Assembly (NCBI RefSeq): GCF_006345805.1
Contig: NW_021828492.1
Location: 1-8,341, forward strand
From: Octopus sinensis
Taxonomy: Eukaryota
Reading direction: 5' to 3'
DNA length: 8,341 nt
The notes under the pieces were generated by a model. That model did no database searches. It was not told the DNA's origin and saw only the letters and a program-made list of their open reading frames with translations. Numbering within the stretch: the stretch's first letter is position 1; every line of letters starts with the position of its first letter. Of the stretch, positions 1 to 8,341 are shown in pieces. The position numbers and the translations under genes are program-made.

Positions 1-285
1 AATGTTGACAGCCATAAACAACAAACAACCACGACCTAAGGAACACATTAGGTCAAACACCACTAACTGAAAACGACATAAAAACAAGTAACCAACCACC
101 CACACACAACACCACCACAACACATTAAAATAATACACGTACACAGAACACATACAGCACCCTGAAATCTCTTTAACCCTGATGCAGTAGGGAGATTTCA
201 AAAGTATTCATCGAAAAAACTGTACAAAAGCCTCATAGAAGAAGACCGTGAGGTGAAAGACAAAGGACTTTCGAACAACAAGTAA
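1..285 (+). pseudogene. Probable C-terminal end of LINE ORF1 (disrupted)
   Basis: A/C-rich sequence with a short open stretch (...KKLYKSLIEEDREVKDKGLSNNK) ending TAA at 283-285, 66 nt before the ORF2 ATG. The call is positional only; no ORF1 domain was recognised. Confidence 0.4.
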
Positions 286-351
286 CCTTTTCTCTCTCTC
301 TTTCCTTTTTTGCACTTTCTTTTTCGTGTGTAAAACACAATTTTATCGGAC

Positions 352-3300
352 ATGCTCAGAATAGGCAGTATAAATGTACGTGGTTTGGGGTCGCCTTGGA
401 AACAAGGCTACCTGTTAAATGACATCAAATCACTAAATCTGAATATCATAGCCATCAGTGAGACCAGACTCCACAGCTTGCGGGCACTTCAGCACATTTT
501 CGGTACAACATTTCAACATTTATTTTTCTCCGTGTCTACCGAGAATGGGCGGAGGTGGCACCGCGGTGCTTATCCGAAGAGTCTGGATCTCAAAGTAAGA
601 GCAAATTTCCTAGACCCGGAGGGTAGGCTGGTCGTTTTGGATGTCGATGGCAGCAATGAGTGTGCTTTTCGACTGATAGCAGTTTATGCTCCGTCCTTAA
701 CAGGCCGACCAGATTTCTTTCGACGTCTAGAGTCTTTCATGGGAACGTCTCGTCCTTTACTTTTAGTGGGGGATTGGAATGCCACCCTGGACACGCATCT
801 AGACTACGTGGGCAGAGATAGCAATAGAAAGGGGATGCAAATGCCTCAAAGACCTGCTCAGACGTTTCCAACTGTCTGACAGGTACCGACTGGACCACCC
901 GAATGTGCCAATGTGGACAGGAGTAACCGCATCGGGTCGTCCAGATCATACTTAGATAGAGTATTCTGTAGGACAATAGATAAAAATAGTGTAGGTTGTC
1001 CACAATTTCATATAGTCAGTTACACAGATCACAAGTTTGTGACTTGTACACTTTGACTTAGATAAGACACATAGGCAGGGTCCTGGTTACTGGAACTGAA
1101 CGCGTCTTTTACAGCACGACAGGTTACAGGGACCGGATCAGCACATTAGTTAAGAGAGCTTTGACGGGTACCATCATCAACAACAGAATGGTGGTATGCC
1201 CTAAAAAAGCAATTAAAGCAGAATCAGTCAGATACAGTAGAGCCCTAGCATTAGACCGAAATAGAATAGAGGGAGAATTAGTTAAGGTTTTAGAAGAGGC
1301 ACTTAGAACTGGCATCGCGTCCAACGTGCTGGCGGCGAGATTGGCCCTCGACCAACACCTCACGCCAAACACGAGGGATGCGTTGTCAGAGCTAGGATGC
1401 GTGCTCTGAGGAACGAAGGAGTTGGAGCCGCCCAGAGGCCCGAGTGGTGGAGACGCAACGAGGCAACAGAGCCACCATCAAGTCTCTTATAGATGAACAG
1501 GGGCGCGAATTGCTCGAGCCTAAAAGGATGTGGGGGCTTTTCAACAACCACTTCACCCAACTGTTTGGGACAAGTGGTGAGTCAGAACGCAGAGTGGACT
1601 TTAGTGCCTACCTGCATGCCTTGCCACGACTCTCAGCAAGAGAGGTGGAGTCTTGTGAAAGTCTATCACAGCTGCGGACGTACATGATGCGATGGTAGGC
1701 TGCGCGAGAGACAAGTCACCAGGCTTGGATGGTCTGCCCTACGAACTTTATTTTCATATGCCAGACTTGTTTGGAGGCGTCTTGGCAGCTGTCTACTGCA
1801 ACTGGCAGCAGAACGGGAGTATTCCTGATTTTGTAAAGCGAGGAGCAGTGGCACTGATCAAGAAAGACCCAAACAAGGGGGACGTCATAGATAATTTCAG
1901 GCCCATCACTCTGCTCAACGCAGATTTGAAAATTTTGGCCAAGGTGTTAGCCGAGAGGTTGGCGCTTGTCATCAAGAAACTAATCGACAAGGCGCAAACA
2001 TGCGCCGTGCCGGGTAGAAGTATTCATGACAACCTCCATCTGATGCGCTACATCATAGACAGGGTAGTTAAAATCCTGGCATGGGTGGGGCGCTGATCAA
2101 TTTGGATCAATCAAAAGCCTTCGATAGGGTAGACCATCACTACTTGGAGGCTGTCCTTAAAGCGGCTGGTTTCGGTCCAGTTTTCCGCGGTTGGATCGCT
2201 GCCTTATACAGCGGCATCCGCTCAGTAGTTCGCGTAAATGGTCATCTATCCAGACCTTTTAACATCATGCGTTCGGTTCGTCAGGGATGCCCCCTCTCAT
2301 CGCTGCTGTATGTACTGACTCTTGAGCCACTACTCTGGGAAACTGGCGACGCTGAGGGGCATCCCACAAGAGCTGGGATGCGGGAGGAGCGTGTCTGCAT
2401 ACGCGGATGACGTCACCGTCATAGTGTCGAGCTACGAGCACATCGAGTTGGTCGGCGAGACACTAAAAGAATACGAAGCGGTAACGGGAGCAAAAATTAA
2501 CCGGGAAAAGTCAGTGGGCTTGCGGCTCGGCACCTGGAGAAGCAAGCCCATGCCGTCCAACAGCGTCTCCATCGTGGGACGATGGACGGACGGACCGGTT
2601 AAATTGCTCGGGTCTGGTTCGGTCCGGACCTCCAAATGGAGAAGAACTGGGGCGAGATAACGACTAGGGTGGCTACTCTCACCCAGAAATGGCTGAGAGA
2701 AAGCTATCCCTAAAAGGTCGGGCGGAGGTGGCGAACGCGTACATCGCATCCGTCATCGAGTATCGTCTGACCGTCGTGCCTTGTCCCGACCCTACCATCA
2801 CCAAACTGGAACGTATACTCTTCCGCTTCTTGTGGAAGGGAAACGTTCCGATGGTTAGGCGATCCATTTGCTGCCAACACCCGCTAAATGGAGGGCTGGG
2901 CATGCGTGGTTGATGATGCGCAGACATGCGCTGAGACTGCGACATCTCCGGCGCTTCATAGACAAAGGTGAACAGGTGTGGTCGCCTTTTTGTGCGGCGC
3001 GCTTTCCCGCAGCTCGTCCCTCCTTGACGAACTACAGTCATTGATCAAGCAGAGACCGAGGCTAGGCGAATGGCACCGTGAGTGTCGCGTTGCTCTCAAG
3101 CAACTCTGCCGTCCGGGATCGAACTTGTGCGACTCCATCACAACAAAGGCATTCTATAGAGGATTAGTGGAGGGGAGGTGCGACGACGAACTCGGGCAGA
3201 GTCTGGGTGTCGACGAGGAACACCTGACCCGCCTGTTCAGGACAACTTTCGGGCCGGGACCTATGAACAATCACCAAAGATCCCTGGCCTGGCAGTGCTA

Positions 3301-3767
3301 TCGAGAAGCATTACCTGTTCGGGATAAGCTCTACAGACACGGTTCCAGACACACTGGACCGACTTGCCCGAGATGCGGTCAGAGCGACGAAACCGTTCTG
3401 CACGCACTCGTGCATGTCCAACCATTTCCGACCTGTGGGCTTATGCCGAACGGCTGCTGTCACGTGTGGGACGAATCCGCCTATCGCGCCGAGTCTATCG
3501 TGAGAATTGCTCCGCCCCCTTCCCTCAACCGGGAGGCAAGCAGTTTTCATCGTACTGGTGGCCATGGTGAAAGAATGTGTGTGGTGGACTCGAGCGAAAG
3601 GATTAGAGACAAACACTTACCTCTCTGGCCAATCGCTCATCAACTTTTTCAAGTACCACTTGAAAAGGAAGGTGAGAATGGAGAGGGAAGTTTTGTCTCG
3701 CGAAAGATTAAAAAAAAGATGGGTGAATGTTGCAAAGATGGTGCGTGCTAGTACGAAACCATTTTGA
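352..3767 (+). pseudogene. LINE ORF2 polyprotein (endonuclease / reverse transcriptase / zinc knuckle), frameshifted as assembled
   Basis: Motifs in order across frames. APE: SINVRGL, ISETRL, VYAP, VGDWN, SYLDRV, TDH (1024-1032). Linker: GPGYW(K)LN (~1080-1101). RT: KSPGLDGLP, FRPITLLNADLKILAK, LDQSKAFDRV, VRQGCPLS, YADD (2400-2411), GAKINREKS. C-terminal: LSLKGR, GGLG, CPRC-x8-H-x4-C (3365-3417, last Cys one base out of frame). Stop at 3765-3767. Confidence 0.95.
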
Positions 3768-4071
3768 GCATGATCCTGTAGATCGTAAAAAAGAAAGAAG
3801 AGAGCATTTTGATCTCATGTGGTTATTTCCTCCCTGACTGGGGTTCCCGTGGTCTTTTCTGTAGGCTTTTCTTCCCACGGATGAACCCAATCTTATTATA
3901 TCAATGTTTATATCATTATTTCTGTGATACACGATTTCCTTTTTTTTTCCTTTTTTTCCTCCTCTCGATCCCTTTTGATCGCAATCTTACATTTATTTTC
4001 TTTTTTTCCACCCTCGAAAAGAAAAGCTCTGCATTTGTATTTGTCCCCTCTGTATTCAGCCCTGTGTGGCT

Positions 4072-4077
4072 AATAAA
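4072..4077 (+). promoter_or_regulatory. Polyadenylation signal at LINE 3' end
   Basis: AATAAA 7 nt before the (TATC)n tract that ends the element. Confidence 0.65.
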
Positions 4078-4083
4078 AGAAAG

Positions 4084-4274
<191 letters not shown>

Positions 4275-4309
4275 AGAGAAAGAGAAAGAAAATGGAATTC
4301 ATGACGGTT

Positions 4310-4338
4310 TTTATTCAACTCTACGATCATTTTGACCC
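4310..4338 (-). ncRNA. Decayed 3' half of a hammerhead motif plus AATAAA (Penelope-like remnant ~4275-4382)
   Basis: The - strand reads gggtc-AAAA-tgatcg-TA-gagt-tg-AATAAA. Two CpG-type transitions convert gtc-GAAA-cgatcg-TA into this. No CTGANGA half is present. Confidence 0.45.
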
Positions 4339-4382
4339 ATCGTATATCTGTCCCACGCGGGTGTGTCCAAATTTAAAATGAC

Positions 4383-4460
<78 letters not shown>

Positions 4461-4492
4461 GTTTATGTATATGTATATGTATAAGTATATGT

Positions 4493-4527
<35 letters not shown>

Positions 4528-4528
4528 T
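4383..4528. repeat. (TAT)~24 microsatellite followed by TA/TG-rich simple repeat
   Basis: Read directly from the sequence. Confidence 0.97.
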
Positions 4529-4764
4529 AACAATTGAGGATAAAATCTTTAAAAGAATTATCAGTAGTCAGCGTGAAAAACCTCGTAAGAGAAAAAATCC
4601 GTAAATTCTTCCTCTTTGAAATATTCATTTATATTATATTGAGGGTACTACTATTCGTAGATACCAACACGCTAAGAGGGACCAATGCGGTCAAAACTAC
4701 TAAAAATAAACAAAATTTTACCGAATGCAAAACTTCAAAACACATCATTTTAAAAAAGAATTCA

Positions 4765-4828
4765 GTTACATATCACATGTGATTTCGCATTTAATACAGA
4801 ATATGCATTTCATGTTCATCAGTGCAAC
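4765..4828 (-). ncRNA. Type I hammerhead ribozyme motif (in Penelope-like/retrozyme remnant ~4529-4921)
   Basis: The - strand reads gttgca-CTGATGA-acatgaaatgcatattctgtattaaatgc-GAAA-tcacatgtga-TA-tgtaac. Stem I is 6 bp, stem II is long with an A.C first pair, and stem III is a perfect palindrome. Predicted cut between 4771 and 4770. Confidence 0.85.
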
Positions 4829-4921
4829 AAACTCAAGAAATATAATAGAAAAACATAACATTACAAGCTCGATAGCCAACCGTAGAATTCGTCGTAGCAT
4901 GTCCGAATGTTTATCTTTTCT

Positions 4922-4935
4922 TATATATCTTATAT

Positions 4936-5018
<83 letters not shown>

Positions 5019-5100
5019 TACACACAATTATTACTGATATATATATATACACACACACACGCATGCACGCACGTGCGCGCACATACACATACACACACAT
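4922..5100. repeat. (TA)n / (CA)n compound microsatellite
   Basis: Read directly from the sequence. Confidence 0.95.
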
Positions 5101-5173
5101 TTATGTTAAATAAAATGAGGCAAAAGAGCCAAGGCTGTGCGGAATTTTCAAGACATTTATTAAGAGAAATTTA

Positions 5174-5221
5174 GTCTTACTGCTGTTTCTAGGATATTAG
5201 AGACATCCCTTCATCAGAAAC
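5174..5221 (-). ncRNA. Minimal type I hammerhead ribozyme motif (in Penelope-like remnant ~5101-5346)
   Basis: The - strand reads gttt-CTGATGA-agggatgtctctaatatccta-GAAA-cagcag-TA-agac. Stem II is gggatgt/atatcct, and stem III is one change from the palindrome cagctg. AATAAA lies 12 nt downstream (5156-5161). Confidence 0.8.
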
Positions 5222-5346
5222 GATATGAGAGAGTTAACTAGAGTAGATATCAATATAAGGAGTTATTTTGGAAAAAGATGGATATAAAAGGTAAAAAGGG
5301 AAAGAAGGGAATAAAAGTAAAAATAAATGAAGGATGTTATAGTTGC

Positions 5347-5386
5347 ATATGTATATGTATGTATGGTATGTATGTATTAATATATA

Positions 5387-5426
<40 letters not shown>

Positions 5427-5477
5427 TATATAGTATATATTATATATATTATTTACATACATATTTACATACATATA
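5347..5477. repeat. (TATG)n / (TA)n microsatellite
   Basis: Read directly from the sequence. Confidence 0.95.
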
Positions 5478-5637
5478 TTAATAATTATGATTATAACAAG
5501 GGATTGGCTATAAGCCTCTCCACGCGCTAGGAAAATAGGCGCCTAAAGACGCTATTACCACCTTAAAAACTCCGAAAAAATAAAACACGAACTGTAGTCG
5601 GGCAAAAGAAAGATAATGAATTAAACTTTTGGTTAAC

Positions 5638-5701
5638 TGTGTACAAGAACCTGTTTCAAGCTGAAGGTAAAAAATATATATCTTGCGCTCTCATCGGCAA
5701 A
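5638..5701 (-). ncRNA. Variant hammerhead motif in left arm of the inverted repeat
   Basis: The - strand reads tttg-CCGATGA-gagc...gctt-GAAA-caggttcttg-TA-caca. The core has C at position 4, and stems I and III carry mismatches. Confidence 0.6.
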
Positions 5702-5924
5702 CGATATCCCATAGCATATATTTACGAGTACCTACACATACGTATACGATCAGCAATATATATACACACTCGTAGAAATATACAGTAAAGTAGAATTCTC
5801 ATCTGCCTTTTCAACCACTTATAGTATATCAAAACAAACTTTGCAATGAATGTAGTTTTGATCAAGAAGTAAATTTTTCAAATAGTAATTATGATAATAT
5901 TTTCCTATAATTATATTATAATTA

Positions 5925-6521
5925 TTGTTATAATTATGTATATAATTATTAAAATGTTGGTAAAATTTACCTATAAGGTTTTATTTCCTCGCTGACCCCC
6001 TGGTAAAATCATTATTGATTTTTACCCTTTATTATAATTACTATTTGAAAAATTTACTTCTTGATCAAAACTACATTCACTGCAGAGTTTGTTTTGATAT
6101 AATACAAGTGGTTGAAAAGGCAGATGAGAATTCTACTTTACTGTATATTTCTACGAGTGTGTATATATATTGCTGATCGTATACGTATGTGTAGGTACTC
6201 GTAAATATATGCTATGGGATATCGTTTGTCGATGAGAGCGCCAGGTATAATTTTCTTTACCTTAAGCTTGAAACAGGATCTTGTACAAAGTTAACCAAAA
6301 GTTTAATTCATTAACTTTCTTTTGCCCGACTACAGCCCGTGTTTTATTTTTTCGGAGTTTTTAAGGTGGTAATAGCGTCTTTAGGCGTCTATTTTCCCTG
6401 CGCGTGGAGAGGCTTATAGCCAATCCCTTGTTATAATTATGTATATAATTATTAAAATACCTATAAGGGTTTTTTTTCCGCGCTGACCCCTTGGTAAAAT
6501 CATTCATGATTTTTACCCTAT

Positions 6522-6529
<8 letters not shown>
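5925..6529 (+). repeat. Direct repeat 5925-6038 / 6428-6529 defining ~1.2 copies of a 503-bp unit
   Basis: ttgttataattatgtatataattattaaaat...acctataagg...cgctgacccc..ggtaaaatcatt..tgatttttaccc..tattataat occurs twice, with starts 503 bp apart. The first copy has a ~13-bp insertion. Confidence 0.93.
6225..6289 (+). ncRNA. Variant hammerhead motif in right arm of the inverted repeat
   Basis: tttg-TCGATGA-gagc-gcc-aggta-taattttctt-tacct-taa-gctt-GAAA-caggatcttg-TA-caaa. All three stems pair, but the core differs from CTGANGA at two positions. Confidence 0.65.
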
Positions 6530-6574
<45 letters not shown>

Positions 6575-6580
6575 ATATAT
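6530..6580. repeat. (TA)n microsatellite
   Basis: Read directly from the sequence. Confidence 0.97.
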
Positions 6581-6664
6581 GTAGGTCCGGGTTGATTCGG
6601 GGTTAACCACAGTAAATAAGGTACTCAATACATAGCAGAGTAAATTAATTTATTATATAGAAGG

Positions 6665-6715
6665 AGCTTCTACAGGACTAGAACTGTTTCATTCAAGAGA
6701 AATCTTCAGGAAGCT
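6665..6715 (-). ncRNA. Type I hammerhead ribozyme motif (in Penelope-like pLTR remnant starting ~6581)
   Basis: The - strand reads agcttc-CTGAAGA-tttctcttgaat-GAAA-cagttctagtcctg-TA-gaagct. Stem I is a perfect 6 bp, stem II is ttc/gaa, and stem III is cag/ctg around CTAG. GUA cut predicted between 6671 and 6670. TATAAA upstream (6739-6744) and AATAAA downstream (6649-6654). Confidence 0.85.
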
Positions 6716-6959
6716 AGTTAACAAGAATTGTATTGGCATTTATACATTTAGGCAGGTTTAAAGGGGTGTTGGTGGGGGACTTTTTGGGGGTAGGCATAGC
6801 GCAAAATATCATACTTGGGGGAGTGGTCAAGGAGTCAGTGTTAAATTAGATAGAAGAATAAATAAAAAAATAAAAAAATAAAAAAATAAAAAATCTATAT
6901 ATAAAAAAAAAAATGGGGAATAGAGTTTTAGGTAAATAAGGAGATTCTCACTTATACCT

Positions 6960-7220
6960 ATGCACACATGTATACATACATACACACACATACAAACATA
7001 ATACATAACATACACACATACACATACACACACATATATATACATATATATACACTTACACATACATATACGCACAGAAGAATATATATACACATACACA
7101 CACATACTCACATACACGCATACACACACATATCCACACACACACATGCACACACAGCACACTAGTCCCTATAAACACATATATACACATACACACACCA
7201 TAACACACACATACATACAT

Positions 7221-7268
<48 letters not shown>

Positions 7269-7650
7269 TATATATATACATATGTGTACCTATGCATACC
7301 TACACATACACACATATATATACACATACAAATACAGACCCATTCCCTAATTTTAATTTTATTATCTTCGTTTATTACTTTTGTTATCTTTGGCCGCTTG
7401 GTCACAAACATCTTGCTATGACAGCCAGTCCATTATCTGTCTACTGAAACAAGCACTCATTCACTCACGCACATCTTTAGCACGCACACTCTTAGCACGT
7501 ACACTCACTCATTCGTACACTCATACACATACACGCACGCACGCGTTATATTCATACATACATACATCTGCATACATTCACGTATATACACATACGTACG
7601 CGTACCTACAGATTCATGTCTACACTCTTAGAAGGCTAGTCTATATATAT
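6960..7650. repeat. Degenerate (CA)/(TA)/(CATA) low-complexity tracts interrupted by a unique island at ~7336-7455
   Basis: Read directly from the sequence. Confidence 0.9.
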
Positions 7651-7705
7651 ACACCAATACAATAAAAATGGTAAATAATTTTCCTGTGGTTTTTCATGTA
7701 ACCAA

Positions 7706-7783
7706 CAATTATTTACCGGTAAATTTCGGTATATAAATACGACAAAATAATTGTCAAGACCTTTGTAAGGTTCAGTATATACC
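7706..7783 (-). ncRNA. Truncated hammerhead-like motif (stem II, GAAA, stem III, cleavage site; CTGANGA absent)
   Basis: The - strand reads ggtatata-[two internal hairpins]-tatatacc-GAAA-tttaccggtaaa-TA-attg. There is an 8-bp stem II closure and a perfect palindromic stem III. Confidence 0.55.
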
Positions 7784-7790
7784 CAATAAA

Positions 7791-8341
7791 TATAAATACA
7801 CACACATACATATACACCTACATACAAATACATACAGGTATAATATATATATAATATATATATATATATTCACATATATATACACATATATATATATATA
7901 TACATACACATACACATACACACACATATACATATAATACAACACATACACATACATACATATACACACAATACACATACATACATATACATACATACAT
8001 ACATCCATACCATCCATACATACATACATTTATACACATACACACACCCACATACATACATATATATACGCGCATATATATATATCTATATATATATTTT
8101 CATACACACACATACATATACATACATACATATAAAAATATACGCACACACATACATACATACTCATATACTCATACACGCACATACACATGTACATGCG
8201 TTACCCATACACCACACACACGCGCGCATCCATATATACACATAAGTACACACATGCGTAAAAGTATACATATATCTATGCTTACACATACACACACACA
8301 CACGCGCCTCCTTATATTCATACTTACATGCATACTCAAAA
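7791..8341. repeat. Degenerate (CA)/(TA)/(CATA) microsatellite region
   Basis: Read directly from the sequence. Confidence 0.95.

Larger units (their letters stand above)
5490..6437. repeat. Long inverted repeat: arms 5490-5897 and 6029-6437, 131-bp spacer
   Basis: Manual alignment gives about 19 substitutions and 1 indel over ~408 bp (~95%), with a perfect 123-bp block at 5698-5820. The match extends to 5478/6455 across a small indel. Confidence 0.97.

Noticed and set aside
1692-2660. Prokaryotic RT system (group II intron, retron, DGR) or CRISPR-associated RT
   Set aside because: The N-terminal APE domain, CCHC knuckle and eukaryotic microsatellite context identify a LINE. No repeat-spacer array is present.
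737-3932. Minus-strand and alternative-frame ORFs over the LINE
   Set aside because: They are shadow frames of ORF2. All conserved motifs lie on the + strand path.
6395-6432. Helentron/DINE-1-like 3' end (ggcttatagcc mini-hairpin then CTTGTT)
   Set aside because: The stem is only 4 bp and the sub-terminal repeat match near 5980-5992 is weak. The hammerhead-unit explanation covers more of the structure.
5490-6437. Inverted repeat read as a classical MITE or DNA transposon with long TIRs
   Set aside because: The spacer sequence recurs outside the right arm, the arms contain hammerhead motifs, and no clear TSD is separable from the AT-rich flanks. Not fully excluded.
6763-6821. Four G-tracts as a possible G-quadruplex
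   Set aside because: The last loop is 26 nt and there is no supporting context.
7336-7455. Unique island possibly holding another ribozyme
   Set aside because: It has a GAAAC but no CTGANGA or compatible stems on either strand.
4534-8075. Short ORFs rich in YI/HT/CV/YM repeats on both strands
   Set aside because: They are stop-poor frames from TA/CA microsatellites and AT-rich sequence, with no recognisable domain.

Overview
AT-rich, microsatellite-dense eukaryotic DNA (invertebrate-like; a cephalopod/mollusc origin is only my guess). It contains no supportable host gene. Bases 1-4084 are the 3' part of a Tx1/L1-clade LINE on the + strand: a probable ORF1 tail, then a full-length ORF2 (APE endonuclease, reverse transcriptase, CCHC knuckle; 352-3767) broken by many single-base indels, then a 3' UTR with AATAAA running into (TATC)n. 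The remainder looks like junk, but most non-microsatellite islands carry a type I hammerhead ribozyme motif or a decayed half of one. I count 7 motifs from about 6 unrelated sequence families; all have a palindromic or near-palindromic stem III and an NUA cleavage triplet, and 6 of 7 are on the - strand. This matches Penelope-like pLTR or retrozyme remnants. One family forms a ~408-bp-arm inverted repeat (5490-6437), whose right side is about 1.2 copies of a 503-bp hammerhead-containing unit. All alignments and folds were done by eye.
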